A model generated the notes under the pieces. The model made no database searches, had not been told where the DNA came from, and saw only the letters and a list, made by a program, of their open reading frames with translations. From Alkalispirochaeta sp. (lineage in GTDB: Bacteria; Spirochaetota; Spirochaetia; DSM-27196; Alkalispirochaetaceae), in NCBI GenBank assembly GCA_965601925.1, contig OZ271854.1, positions 2,272,001 to 2,336,000 of the forward strand: a stretch of 64,000 nt of DNA, given 5' to 3'. Made by a program: the position numbers and the translations under genes. Below, in pieces: positions 1-9,852 of the stretch (positions are counted from its first letter, which is position 1; every line of letters starts with the position of its first letter).

Positions 1-1
1 G

Positions 2-265
2 GATAACTCCATCGAACGGTCGGACGGTGCGCGACCGGTCCTCGAGGAGCGCATCGCAGTTGTCGGTGTCGAGGGAATGACGTGCAACTGCTGCGCGGCG
101 GCCGTTGAAGACGCGATACGCTCGGTACCCGGCGTCACCAAGGTTCGCGTTGATCTTCATTCCAAGCTCGTGTACGTAGAAGGGGCTCGGTCGGCGTCGC
201 TCGTGGCCGAGGCGGTATCGCGCGCCGGCTACGAACCGGTGCGCGGCGTCGGAGACGGATCCTGA
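2..265 (+). CDS. C-terminal heavy-metal-associated (HMA/CopZ-like) domain of a protein truncated by the window start
   Basis: Frame is open from base 2 (DNSIERSDG...VGVEGMTCNCCAAAVEDAIRSVPGV...AGY); contains the GMTCxxC metal-binding motif. Confidence 0.85.
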   Translation, partial: DNSIERSDGARPVLEERIAVVGVEGMTCNCCAAAVEDAIRSVPGVTKVRVDLHSKLVYVEGARSASLVAEAVSRAGYEPVRGVGDGS

Positions 266-297
266 GTCGCGAGAGCATTCCTAATATTGTTAAAAAA

Positions 298-344
298 TAC
301 GTACGTAGGTTGACATTGTACGTACGTATCGCTACTGTATACCT
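298..344 (+). promoter_or_regulatory. Sigma70 promoter of the TA operon with two palindromic operators
   Basis: TTGACA 310-315, 17-bp spacer, TACTGT 333-338, ATG at 345; perfect palindrome TACGTACGTA at 298-307 and 319-328. Confidence 0.85.
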
Positions 345-593
345 ATGAAGGTTTCCGCGACTGAGCTGCGACAAAACTTATACAAAATCGTCGATCACGT
401 GCTCGAGACCGGTGAAACCGTGGAGATTCTCCGCAAAGGGAATATTGTACGGCTCGTTGCCGACTCGGCGCCGAGTATTTGGGACCGGCTCGAGGTGCGG
501 GAGGCGGTCGTCGGCGACCCCGAGGGCATCGTCTCCATTGATTGGTCCGCCACATGGCGCGGAGAGGGCGAGCTGGATGATCCTCTACCTTGA
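345..593 (+). CDS. Phd/YefM family antitoxin
   Basis: 82 aa, MKVSATELRQNLYKIVDHVLETGETVEILRKG matches the Phd N-terminal pattern; overlaps the downstream PIN gene. Confidence 0.9.
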   Translation: MKVSATELRQNLYKIVDHVLETGETVEILRKGNIVRLVADSAPSIWDRLEVREAVVGDPEGIVSIDWSATWRGEGELDDPLP

Positions 594-963
594 TACGCAT
601 GTCGTCGTCTGGTTGTACGAAGGGCGTAAAGAGCGTTTCACACCCCGCGGGCGCTTGGCACTTGATCACGCTCGGTTGTTGATATCGCCGATGGTGGAGC
701 TTGAACTTACATATCTCTGGGAGTCCAAGCGCATCGCGGTACGACCCGATACCATCATCGGCTATCTCACCGAACGAGTCGGTCTTGCACGCGATACGAG
801 TCCATTCTCCGCGGTTGTCGCCGCCGCCGCGCCCTTGCGTTGGACGCGGGACCCCTTTGATCGGCTCATAACGGCGACCGCTCTGCTCAACGATTGTGCG
901 CTCCTCTCAAAAGACGAGACGATCCGCACCCACTACGCCGAGGCGTGGTGGGGCGAGTCGTGA
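577..963 (+). CDS. vapC: VapC-type PIN domain toxin
   Basis: Start taken at ATG 577 (MILYLDTHVVVWL); ISPMVELEL, RDPFDRLITATA, LLSKD give the PIN acidic residues. Confidence 0.92.
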   Translation: MILYLDTHVVVWLYEGRKERFTPRGRLALDHARLLISPMVELELTYLWESKRIAVRPDTIIGYLTERVGLARDTSPFSAVVAAAAPLRWTRDPFDRLITATALLNDCALLSKDETIRTHYAEAWWGES

Positions 964-995
964 AACCGCCGGTCGCCTCCGCGACGCAGTATCGG

Positions 996-3311
996 TCACG
1001 CTCCCCGTATCGACGTCGTCGACCTCAGTAAAGAGGCTCGCAAACGCTGCGCCGCGGCGACCATATTTTGGAGGGACGGACGTACTTCGTCCCATTGCCG
1101 CGTTTTGAGCCCGCAATCCGGATTGACCCACAGTCGCTCGGGTGGGACGTGCTCTGCGGCGCGTTCCATTAACGCCACAATCGACTCCACCTCGGGTACG
1201 TTGGGGCTGTGGATATCGTAGACGCCCGGTCCGATCTCGTTCGGATACGCAAAGTCGGCGAAGGCCTCCAGGAGTTCCATGTCGGAGCGCGACGTCTCGA
1301 TTGTGATGACGTCGGCGTCGAGCGCCGCGATCGAGTCTATGATATCGTTGAACTCCGAGTAGCACATGTGTGTATGGATCTGCGTCTCGTCACGGACACC
1401 GGTCGTCGCGAGACGAAACGCGCGAATCGCCCACTCGAGGTAGCTCCGATGATCCGCCCTGCGTAGCGGCAGGCCCTCGCGAAACGCCGGCTCGTCGACC
1501 TGAATGACGCCTACTCCCGCCCTCTGCAGGTCACCGACCTCGTCGCGCAATGCGAGGGCGATCTGCAATGCCGTTTTTTCGCGACTTTGATCGTCACGCA
1601 CGAAGCTCCATTGGAGAATGGTAATCGGGCCGGTTAGCATTCCCTTCACGGGCTTCTCGGTGAGCGAGGCGGCGTAGGTGGTCCAGCCCACCGTCATCGC
1701 CTCGGGACGATCCACATCGCCGTAAATAATGGGCGGTTTCACACACCGGCTGCCGTAGGACTGCACCCACCCGTACTCGGTGAATGCAAAGCCGCCGAGC
1801 TTGTGTCCGAAGTATTCGACCATATCGGTACGTTCCGCCTCGCCGTGCACCAGGACGTCGAGTCCTATCTCTTCCTGCTCGTGAATGACGTGCGCGATCT
1901 CCCGCTTCATAGCGTCGGAGTACCCTATATCGTCTAGTTCACCCGTTCGCCACGCCTTTCGCGCGCGGCGGATCTCGTCGGTTTGGGGAAACGATCCGAT
2001 TGTCGTCGTGGGATAGGGCGGGAGATCGATGTGCTCGCGCTGTCTCTCCGCGCGCGTGCGGTACGGCGAGTCGCGTCGCGTCATGTCGGACGTGATGCGC
2101 GCCAAACGGGCCTCTACGGCTCCATTGTTGCGCAGCGGCGAGGCGCCTCGCGCCGCAACCACTCGATCGCTCTCGGCGAGCTGAGCGGCGACCGTCTCCC
2201 GACCGTCGTTGAGGGCCCGCTTGAGGATCGACAACTCATCGAGTTTCTGGACGGCAAAGGCGAGCCACGAGGCGATGTCCACGTCGAGAGACTTCTCGCT
2301 TCCCGTGTCGTAGGGAACGTGGAGAAGGCTGCAACTCGGCGCGAGCCACAGCCGGTCACCGAGCGTTGCGTGAAGCGGCTCGAGACGGTCGACGAGCGCC
2401 GAGAGGTCCGCCCGCCAGATGTTGCGCCCCTCGATCACTCCCAGACTTAGTATCGCGTCGCCCGGTAGTTCGGAAACGGCGCGCGCGATCCCCTCGGCGC
2501 CTCGGACGGCGTCTATGTGATATCCGGCCACCGGCAGTCGGGCGACGAGCGGTAGATTATCGCCGAGCGGGCCGAAGTAACTTGTCAGCAGAATCTTGGG
2601 ACCCGCCGCCGCGAGTCCGTCGTAGGCGCGAGTAAACAGATCACGCCATCGGCCGTCAACATCCTGTGCGAGAATCGGCTCGTCCACCTGTATCCATTCG
2701 ACGCCGCGCTCGGCTAGCATAGTGAGGAGTTCGCCGTACAGCGGTACGAATCGATCGAGGAGTGTCGCCGTATCCACCGCACTCTTCGCCTTGCCGAGAC
2801 GTAGATAGCTGACGGGGCCCAGGAGCACCGGTTTTACTCGCCCTCCTACGACGGCGGTCGCCTCTTCGATCTTTCGGAGATACGTATCGGCGGACAGGTG
2901 TGGTCGATCCGCGTGATCGAACTCGGGAACGAGGTAATGGTAGTTGGTATCGAACCATTTGGTCATTTCTGCCGCGTGAATCGGTTCGCCCGTTGCCGAT
3001 CGCCCTCGCGCCGAACGAAAGTATGTGTCAACGGGCGCCTCTTGATTCATGCGAGTATCGTACGCTCGGCGCGGTAGATGGCCGAGGAGTTCGCTCGTAT
3101 CGAGTACGTGATCGTAAAGTGCGAAATCGCCCGCAGGAATGAGGTCGAGTTGCGCGTCACGCTGCAACGCGAGGTTAGCGCGATGAACCTCGGTTGCCGA
3201 GCGCATGAACGCGTCGCGATCGATTCTTCCGTTCCAGTACCGCTCGGCGGCAAATTTGAGCTCGCGGTGAGCTCCGATTCTCGGGAAACCCAGATTATGC
3301 GTCCGTACCAT
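996..3311 (-). CDS. metE: Cobalamin-independent methionine synthase
   Basis: [56 protein letters not shown]; start taken at ATG 3311. Confidence 0.98.
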   Translation of the reverse strand: MVRTHNLGFPRIGAHRELKFAAERYWNGRIDRDAFMRSATEVHRANLALQRDAQLDLIPAGDFALYDHVLDTSELLGHLPRRAYDTRMNQEAPVDTYFRSARGRSATGEPIHAAEMTKWFDTNYHYLVPEFDHADRPHLSADTYLRKIEEATAVVGGRVKPVLLGPVSYLRLGKAKSAVDTATLLDRFVPLYGELLTMLAERGVEWIQVDEPILAQDVDGRWRDLFTRAYDGLAAAGPKILLTSYFGPLGDNLPLVARLPVAGYHIDAVRGAEGIARAVSELPGDAILSLGVIEGRNIWRADLSALVDRLEPLHATLGDRLWLAPSCSLLHVPYDTGSEKSLDVDIASWLAFAVQKLDELSILKRALNDGRETVAAQLAESDRVVAARGASPLRNNGAVEARLARITSDMTRRDSPYRTRAERQREHIDLPPYPTTTIGSFPQTDEIRRARKAWRTGELDDIGYSDAMKREIAHVIHEQEEIGLDVLVHGEAERTDMVEYFGHKLGGFAFTEYGWVQSYGSRCVKPPIIYGDVDRPEAMTVGWTTYAASLTEKPVKGMLTGPITILQWSFVRDDQSREKTALQIALALRDEVGDLQRAGVGVIQVDEPAFREGLPLRRADHRSYLEWAIRAFRLATTGVRDETQIHTHMCYSEFNDIIDSIAALDADVITIETSRSDMELLEAFADFAYPNEIGPGVYDIHSPNVPEVESIVALMERAAEHVPPERLWVNPDCGLKTRQWDEVRPSLQNMVAAAQRLRASLLRSTTSIRGA

Positions 3312-3380
3312 AGTATGACAATACCGAGTACTATGCATTCAGAAAATTGAAAAATTCTTATAGTATGATAAATTTAATTT

Positions 3381-4271
3381 ATGATTGAGCGTGTACACTT
3401 GGAAATACTCAACTCCCTCGCCGAGGAAGGAACGCTTACCCGAACGGCGCAAGCGCTTTACAGAACGCAACCCGCCGTGACGCACGCAATACGCCGACTG
3501 GAGGACGCCGTCGGTGCACCGGTCTGGCGCCGGGCGGGACGGCGCGTCGCCTTGACCCCGGTGGGCGAGTATCTGACCGGGGAGGCTCAACGTATCCTCG
3601 CGGATCTTCGACGTGTGGAGGAACACGCCGCCGCGCTTGCCGCGGGGCGACGCGGAGTGCTGCGCATCGGAGTGGAGTGTCATCCGTGCTTTCATTGGTT
3701 GACCGGAGTAGTGCGCCCTTATCTGGAACGCCGCCCCGGGGTTGAAGTAGATGTGGTGCAGGAGTACCGATTCGCCGGCTACGACGCCCTTGTGAGTCGG
3801 CGCATTGATGTGCTCATTACTCCCGATCCACGCGTCGACCGGCGGTTCGAGACCATTCCGGTGCTCTCGTACGAACTCGTGCTCGGCGTATCGCGGTTCC
3901 ACCCATTTGCGCAGGCGCCCTGCGTCCTCCCGGAGGATATCGCGGAGGAGACCTTATATACCTATCCGGTGGAGCGCGCGCGCCTCGACATCTTTACGCA
4001 GTTTTTCGGTCCCGCCGGCGTCGAGCCGGTAGCGGTAAAAGAGATAGAGGCGACCGAGATTATGGTGCAACTCGTCTCCGCCTCCCGAGGTGTATGCGCG
4101 TTGCCCGATTGGCTCTTCCGAAAAGGCGCCCTCGCCGGAGAGCTATCGCGTGTTCGATTAGGGCCCGGCGGTATCGCGAAACAACTCTGCCTGGTGATAC
4201 GCGTAGAGGACGCGGATTGCGAGTATCTGGCCGACTTCGTCGAGAGTTCCAAGGGCTCACAGGGCGAATGA
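3381..4271 (+). CDS. metR: LysR-family regulator MetR
   Basis: LysR HTH (TQPAVTHAIRRLE), MetR-typical LRIGVECHPCFHWL and YPVERARLDIF; divergent from metE. Confidence 0.9.
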   Translation: MIERVHLEILNSLAEEGTLTRTAQALYRTQPAVTHAIRRLEDAVGAPVWRRAGRRVALTPVGEYLTGEAQRILADLRRVEEHAAALAAGRRGVLRIGVECHPCFHWLTGVVRPYLERRPGVEVDVVQEYRFAGYDALVSRRIDVLITPDPRVDRRFETIPVLSYELVLGVSRFHPFAQAPCVLPEDIAEETLYTYPVERARLDIFTQFFGPAGVEPVAVKEIEATEIMVQLVSASRGVCALPDWLFRKGALAGELSRVRLGPGGIAKQLCLVIRVEDADCEYLADFVESSKGSQGE

Positions 4272-4334
4272 TCCGCCGAGGCGGACGGTCGTCTTACGCT
4301 TCTTCTAAAAAGAGCATAAACGTGGAAAAAACTC

Positions 4335-4363
4335 TTGCACCACCGCTCGTTTCTTCTTATAGT
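4335..4363 (+). promoter_or_regulatory. Sigma70 promoter of the nrdD operon
   Basis: TTGCAC(4335-4340)-N17-TATAGT(4358-4363). Confidence 0.7.
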
Positions 4364-4391
4364 GTTCCATGTCAGGCAAAATCGATCATCG

Positions 4392-4407
4392 ACACTATAT
4401 ATAGTGG
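4392..4407. promoter_or_regulatory. NrdR box
   Basis: ACACTATATATAGTGG matches the NrdR consensus acaCwAtATaTwGtg; lies between the promoter and nrdD. Confidence 0.88.
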
Positions 4408-4515
4408 TAAAACCGATGCTCGTGCATACGCCCCGACGTAGCATAACGCGGCTTCTCCGGGAGGGGTTGCTCGTATTTGACGACAGTTCAGGCGATCTCA
4501 ACTGGGAGGGGAACT

Positions 4516-6618
4516 ATGACCGGAGTACCGCGTTATGTCGAAAAACGCGACGGACGGCTCGAGCACTACTCGAGGTCTGCGATTACCGAGGCGATGCGTA
4601 AGGCGTATTGCGCAGTCTATCCGGATCGAGAAGTTCCGGAGATAACCCTGGTGTTACTCACCGATCAGGTGGAACGACGGCTCGAAGCGGTTATCGCCGA
4701 CGATACCGCAGGAGTGAGTGAGCCCCCGCAGTCCGTGCGTACCGGCTCTGAACGCGACGGCGCGACCGCTCCGTCGATCGAGACCATCCAGGACATCGTC
4801 GAGGAGACGCTTATGGCCTCCGGCGAGAGCGCGGTAGCCCGTTCATACATCATCTATCGTGCCCGGCGTGAGGCGGTTCGCGATACCCGCGCACTCATGG
4901 TGGACATCGACAAGACGATGGATGGGTATCTCTCAATGTCCGATTGGCGCGTCAATGAGAACGCCAACGTCAACTTTTCTCTCGGTGGATTGATTCTCCA
5001 CAACTCCGGCACCATTACCGCCAATTACTGGCTCAAGAACATCTACTCGCCGGAGGTTGCCGAGGCGCACCGGAGCGCCGCGTTTCATATTCACGACCTT
5101 TCGATGTTTTCGGGGTATTGTGCCGGATGGAGCTTGCGGCAGCTCATCGAAGAGGGACTCGGCGGTGTGCGGGACAAGATCACCTCAAAGCCGGCCGAAC
5201 ACCTTTCCACCCTTGTGCAGCAGATGGTCAATTTTCTGGGCATCATGCAGAACGAGTGGGCGGGGGCGCAGGCGTTTTCCAGCTTCGACACCTACCTTGC
5301 ACCGTTCGTCCGAGAGGATGCGCTCGCCTATCATGAGGTTAAACAGGCGATCCAGTCCTTCGTCTTCGGCGTCAACACGCCGAGCCGTTGGGGAAGTCAG
5401 GCGCCTTTTACCAATATCACCCTCGACTGGGTCGTACCGGTAGATCTTCGGGAGCGTCCGGCGATTGTCGGCGGTCGTGAGATGTCCTACACCTACGGCG
5501 ATCTTCAGGCGGAGATGGATCTCGTCAACCGCGCCTTTCTGGAGTTGATGATCGCCGGCGATGCCGACGGGCGCGGCTTTCAATATCCGATTCCCACCTA
5601 CAACATTACTCGGGAGTTCGACTGGGAGAGCCCTAACGCCGAGCTCCTCTTCGAGATGACTTCTCGCTACGGGACGCCGTACTTTCAGAATTTCATCAAC
5701 TCCGATCTCGACCCCTCCGACGTGCGTAGCATGTGCTGCCGCCTGCAGCTCGACAAGCGAGAGCTGCGTAAGCGCGGGGGTGGGCTCTTCGGGAGCGACG
5801 AGTTTACCGGGAGCATCGGTGTGGTAACGATCAACATGCCGCGGATCGGGTATCTGTCGCGGACCCGGGAGGAGTTTTTCGCATCTCTCGACAGACTCAT
5901 GGACCTTGCCGCGGAGTCTTTGACGACCAAGCGCAAGGTGATTACCCGGCTGTTGGACGCCGGCCTCTTCCCCTATACGCGACGCTATCTCAAACACCTC
6001 GACAACCACTTCAACACGATCGGCCTGGTGGGTATGAATGAGGCGCTTTTGAACTTTCTCGGCGAGGATATCTTGTCGGAGAAGGGGCGTGTCATGGCCC
6101 TGGAGATCCTCGATCATATGCGGGGCCGCATCGCCGACTATCAGGAGCGCACCGGCGAGCTGTTCAATCTGGAGGCGACGCCCGCGGAGAGCACAAGCTA
6201 CCGGCTGGCGCGGCACGACCGTGAGCGCTACGCCGACATCGTGACCGGCGGCACCGCCGAGTCGCCGTACTACACCAACTCGAGTCAGCTCCCCGTCGGA
6301 TACACGAGCGACATCTTCGACGCTCTGGACCTCCAGGATGCGCTGCAGACGCGCTACACCGGTGGTACGGTGTTTCACTCTTTTTTGGGCGAGGCGGTCG
6401 AGGATTGGCGCGCCGCCCGCAGTTTGGTGCGCGCGATCGCGACCAACTATCGGCTTCCGTACTTCACCGTGAGTCCCACCTTCAGCGTCTGCCCGGTGCA
6501 CGGATACATTCGCGGCGAACACTACACGTGTCCGAAGTGCGCGGAGGAGGAGCGGGAACGGCTTCGTGCGGAGATCCGGTCCCTGGAAGAGGAACGCGCA
6601 TCGGTCGGCGATCGATAA
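4516..6618 (+). CDS. nrdD: Class III (anaerobic) ribonucleotide reductase large subunit, with ATP cone, lacking the C-terminal glycyl-radical motif
   Basis: SD GGGAGG before ATG 4516; VEKRDGRLE ATP cone, HIHDL, YCAGW, RSMCCRL, NLEATPAES, CPVHG..CPKC; no RxxGY motif. Confidence 0.96.
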   Translation: MTGVPRYVEKRDGRLEHYSRSAITEAMRKAYCAVYPDREVPEITLVLLTDQVERRLEAVIADDTAGVSEPPQSVRTGSERDGATAPSIETIQDIVEETLMASGESAVARSYIIYRARREAVRDTRALMVDIDKTMDGYLSMSDWRVNENANVNFSLGGLILHNSGTITANYWLKNIYSPEVAEAHRSAAFHIHDLSMFSGYCAGWSLRQLIEEGLGGVRDKITSKPAEHLSTLVQQMVNFLGIMQNEWAGAQAFSSFDTYLAPFVREDALAYHEVKQAIQSFVFGVNTPSRWGSQAPFTNITLDWVVPVDLRERPAIVGGREMSYTYGDLQAEMDLVNRAFLELMIAGDADGRGFQYPIPTYNITREFDWESPNAELLFEMTSRYGTPYFQNFINSDLDPSDVRSMCCRLQLDKRELRKRGGGLFGSDEFTGSIGVVTINMPRIGYLSRTREEFFASLDRLMDLAAESLTTKRKVITRLLDAGLFPYTRRYLKHLDNHFNTIGLVGMNEALLNFLGEDILSEKGRVMALEILDHMRGRIADYQERTGELFNLEATPAESTSYRLARHDRERYADIVTGGTAESPYYTNSSQLPVGYTSDIFDALDLQDALQTRYTGGTVFHSFLGEAVEDWRAARSLVRAIATNYRLPYFTVSPTFSVCPVHGYIRGEHYTCPKCAEEERERLRAEIRSLEEERASVGDR

Positions 6619-6651
6619 GGCGATAGTATACAGCACCACAGGGAGGGAGTT

Positions 6652-7137
6652 ATGAGAACCGTTACCGAGATCGACACGGAAATCGAGGCCAAACGGGCGG
6701 CGTTACGCGCGGTAACGGGCCGCGAAACCGAGGTCTATTCGCGAATCGTCGGGTACTATCGGAGCTTGCGAAACTGGAATGTCGGCAAGAAGGCCGAGTT
6801 CGGCGAGCGGAAGACCTACGACGCCGCCGCGTCTCTCGCGCGGCGCGAGGAGCCGTCGCAAGAGCGCAACCATCCTGCGACGCCCGCCGCGTTCCAGCTC
6901 TTCACCCGTGCCCATTGTCCGGGGTGTACCGCGGCGAAGATACTCATCGACACGTTGCCCGAGTTAGCGCCGCGCGTCCGTGAGATCGACGTCGACTCAG
7001 AGGACGGGATGCGTCGCGCCGAGGTAGCGCTGATCGCCGTAACACCGACGCTCATCGCACGCGATGAGTCCGGCGGGGAGTTGTGGCGGAGCACCGACCC
7101 GCTCCACATGCGCGATCTTTTCGCTGCCGGCGGGTGA
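6652..7137 (+). CDS. NrdD glycyl-radical domain fused to a CPGC glutaredoxin/thioredoxin-like domain
   Basis: Own SD (GGGAGGGAG); TEVYSRIVGYYRSLRNWNVGKKAEFGERK is the NrdD C-terminal motif; then LFTRAHCPGC...VTPTLI redoxin pattern. Confidence 0.9.
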   Translation: MRTVTEIDTEIEAKRAALRAVTGRETEVYSRIVGYYRSLRNWNVGKKAEFGERKTYDAAASLARREEPSQERNHPATPAAFQLFTRAHCPGCTAAKILIDTLPELAPRVREIDVDSEDGMRRAEVALIAVTPTLIARDESGGELWRSTDPLHMRDLFAAGG

Positions 7138-7814
7138 TTACGCATGTCGGACTCGTGAAAACGAGTCTCGTCGACGTGCCGGGGCGCCTCGCCGCGACAC
7201 TGTTTACCCACGGATGTCCGTTATCGTGCCCGTACTGTCACAACGAGCGCTTGCGGTCCGGCCCGATTCCCGACGAGTTCGTTACGGTCACCGAGGCGGT
7301 GGCCTTCTTAGCCGGACGCGCGGGAATCGTGGAGGCGGTGTGCGTTACCGGGGGCGAACCGCTGATGCACACCGATCTCGCCGATCTCCTCGGCGCGGTA
7401 CGTTCATTGGGATACTACGTCAAGCTCGATACCTCGGGAGCGTATCCCGAGCGATTGCAGGAGCTTTTGTCCCATGGATTGGTAGATATGGTCGCCCTCG
7501 ACATCAAGACGAGTCCTCGGCGGTACCGTGACGTGGGACTCGACGGCCAAACGTTTCTCGACGCGCTCTCCGCGGTGCGCCGCTCCGGCGTGCCGTACGA
7601 GCTGCGAACTACCGTTGCACCCGAGGTCGTCCGTCTCGAGGATATCGAGGACATTGTAGGGCTTGTGGAACCGGGTGAACCGCACGTTCTCGCGCAGTAC
7701 CGTCGTCCCGACGCTCCGGGGAATCATCCGCAACCGTATCCGGCCGGCGTTCTACGGGAGTGGCTGGCGTCGGCACGCGAGAAGAACGGCGCCGCGACGG
7801 TGCGTGGTATATAG
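7134..7814 (+). CDS. nrdG: Anaerobic RNR activating enzyme (radical SAM)
   Basis: GTG start overlapping the upstream TGA; SLVDVPG, GCPLSCPYCHN, VCVTGGEP, VKLDTSG, YELRTT. Confidence 0.95.
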   Translation: MITHVGLVKTSLVDVPGRLAATLFTHGCPLSCPYCHNERLRSGPIPDEFVTVTEAVAFLAGRAGIVEAVCVTGGEPLMHTDLADLLGAVRSLGYYVKLDTSGAYPERLQELLSHGLVDMVALDIKTSPRRYRDVGLDGQTFLDALSAVRRSGVPYELRTTVAPEVVRLEDIEDIVGLVEPGEPHVLAQYRRPDAPGNHPQPYPAGVLREWLASAREKNGAATVRGI

Positions 7815-8018
7815 GGGCCGGTTACCCGATAGAACCGATCTCTTGCGCTGCGTATTGAAACGGAGTAGTGAACTCTTCACAACGAGCCTATTGCCCTTCC
7901 GTCGACCGCGCGTCACCGCTCTTGAGGTCGGTACAGTTCAGTTGTTGATTTGTCCGTTTATTTTTCGGGTGTGTGATATATTCTGCGTGAAACTTTATCA
8001 CATGGGGAGAGGTCTTCT

Positions 8019-8837
8019 ATGAAGCGTAAACATTTGTTCGTCCTATTGGTCGTGATCGTCGGAGTAGCTCTGGTCGGGTGCAGCAGCGACGGAGACAGCG
8101 ATAGCGGAACCGTCAATCTGCCGAGCGCCGGGGAGCTGACCGACTACACGGGCACTGAACCGTCGACCGACGCGGAAGCGCAGACCACCGTGTCGGAGGT
8201 CCAGGGCGATCTCGAAAGTGTCATTGATGCGGCGCAGCTCGGTACCGCCGTCTCGGCCGCAATATCGGGAGCCGTGCAAGCAGCAGCGACCGAGACCGAG
8301 ACGTTCAGCGGCACCTATGAAGTACCGGCGCCCTCGGGAGGCACCATTACCATTACCGGTACGGAGTCCTTCACATTTCCCGATGATCCTAACGCTACCA
8401 GCGGCACGGTCGTGCTCGCCTCAAACTACGTAGCGGAGATTGACTCCTTCTTGGTCGATGCCGACAACGACAACAACTACGATACGACGATGAATGGAAG
8501 CTCGGCGGACAATTATGCCATTACGGCTGTCGTTCAGTTCAACGCCGATAGCTCCGGAAGCGCCACTATTAGTGTAGCCGGGGAAAACGGTTGGGCGATC
8601 TCGGTATCGAGCACCGAGCCGAACGTTTTCGCCGGGAAGTACATTTTACGGATCACCTGGAGCGGTAGCACCGCCGTCACGATCGATGCGGAGGGGAATG
8701 CGTCGAGCGATCTCGCAGCCGAGTTGTCGATCAGCGGGACGTTGTCGGTCTACGACAACGCCGACGAGTTGATTATCCAGACGACGCTGACCGCTGCGGA
8801 TCTCGGAATCGACGAAAACGACCTCATTTTCTTCTAA
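8019..8837 (+). CDS. Acidic lipoprotein of unknown function
   Basis: SD GAGG; MKRK + hydrophobic stretch + ALVG-C lipobox; Ser/Thr/Asp-rich, beta-strand-like body. Confidence 0.85.
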   Translation: MKRKHLFVLLVVIVGVALVGCSSDGDSDSGTVNLPSAGELTDYTGTEPSTDAEAQTTVSEVQGDLESVIDAAQLGTAVSAAISGAVQAAATETETFSGTYEVPAPSGGTITITGTESFTFPDDPNATSGTVVLASNYVAEIDSFLVDADNDNNYDTTMNGSSADNYAITAVVQFNADSSGSATISVAGENGWAISVSSTEPNVFAGKYILRITWSGSTAVTIDAEGNASSDLAAELSISGTLSVYDNADELIIQTTLTAADLGIDENDLIFF

Positions 8838-8857
8838 CGAGAACAAGGGAAAGGATA

Positions 8858-8893
8858 CGCGCCGACCGGGGACGACACCACCCGGTCGGCGCG
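8858..8893 (+). terminator. 13-bp stem-loop after the lipoprotein gene
   Basis: CGCGCCGACCGGG-N10-CCCGGTCGGCGCG followed by a weak T tract (ctgttgt). Confidence 0.65.
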
Positions 8894-9139
8894 CTGTTGT
8901 CACGCGTTTCGAGCGGCGACGAGTTCTCCGACCGTTGGGTTGAGTGCGCCGTCGCCGGCGCTCGACCGACTCCTATCGGTACTCCAATTTTTCTCCACTA
9001 TCTGATCAAGAGGATGACTGCGGCGGGCCGAACAAGATAGCGCGTACGCCTGTGCAAGCCTCCGTAACGATGCCTATCCGGCCGCACCGTATTGCATTGC
9101 ATTGCTCTTGTATCCGACAATCGGCTACCGGAGGTGCAT

Positions 9140-9814
9140 ATGTCCGAGCATTCCCAAACATGGGCGGCCGTCGATACGTACTTCGAGAGTTTTTTGCCGC
9201 CGCCGGACCCGCGCCTCAAGACGATCGTCGACCGGTCCCGTGCAGCGGGGCTCCCGGACATACAGGTGACACCGATGCAGGGCGCCTTTTTGGAACTCAT
9301 TGCGCGGATCCACGGCGCGCGACGAATTCTGGAGGTCGGCACGCTCGGTGGGTACAGTACGGCGTGGCTCGCTCGGACGCTTCCGGCCGACGGACGACTC
9401 GTAACGCTGGAGCTGGAAGAGGAGCACGCCGCCGTCGCACGGGAGAATCTCTCGCGGTTTGAGTTCTCAGACCGCATCGAAGTCCGTGTCGGGGATGCCG
9501 AGGACTCCTTTCGCGCCCTCGCCGCCAACGAGGGAGGGCCGTTCGATCTTATCTTTCTCGATTCCGATAAAAGACGTCTTGCCGCGCACTTCGCCTGGGC
9601 GATGAAGCTATCGCGCCCGGGCACCGTCATCATCGCCGACAATGTGGTGCGGGAGGGAAAGGTAGCCGACGCCGATCCCGACGATGAGCGTGTCGTCGGG
9701 GTGCGAGAGTTCTTCGCCGCGATATCGGGTGATCCGAGACTTCGTGTCAGCGCGCTTCAGACCGTAGGAGCCAAAGGATATGACGGGTTCGCCCTTATTC
9801 GCGTCGTCGAGTAG
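9140..9814 (+). CDS. SAM-dependent O-methyltransferase (Methyltransf_3 / COMT-like)
   Basis: SD GGAGG; RILEVGTLGGYST, FDLIFLDSDK, IIADNVVREG, KGYDGF. Confidence 0.93.
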   Translation: MSEHSQTWAAVDTYFESFLPPPDPRLKTIVDRSRAAGLPDIQVTPMQGAFLELIARIHGARRILEVGTLGGYSTAWLARTLPADGRLVTLELEEEHAAVARENLSRFEFSDRIEVRVGDAEDSFRALAANEGGPFDLIFLDSDKRRLAAHFAWAMKLSRPGTVIIADNVVREGKVADADPDDERVVGVREFFAAISGDPRLRVSALQTVGAKGYDGFALIRVVE

Positions 9815-9852
9815 CACGGTTGCGATATCCGTCGGAGCGGTTAGGCCCGGTG

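Noticed and set aside
3312..3380. SAM or cobalamin riboswitch upstream of metE
   Set aside because: Only 69 AT-rich bp; MetR control explains the region.
5185..6639. Long antisense ORFs (e.g. 5185-6639, 45535-46998, 52765-53874, 60576-61466)
   Set aside because: Shadow frames of well-supported genes in GC-rich DNA, with no motifs of their own.
6616..6651. Stop-codon readthrough or selenocysteine joining nrdD to the next in-frame ORF
   Set aside because: The stop is TAA, not TGA/TAG, and the downstream ORF has its own strong SD, so independent translation is simpler.
7986..8002. CRP/Rex site (cGTGA-N7-TCACA)
   Set aside because: The spacer is 7 rather than the required 6 bp.
8894..9139. Structured ncRNA or small gene in the 250-bp gap before the O-methyltransferase
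   Set aside because: Only imperfect GC-rich inverted repeats; no recognisable family motif or convincing ORF.
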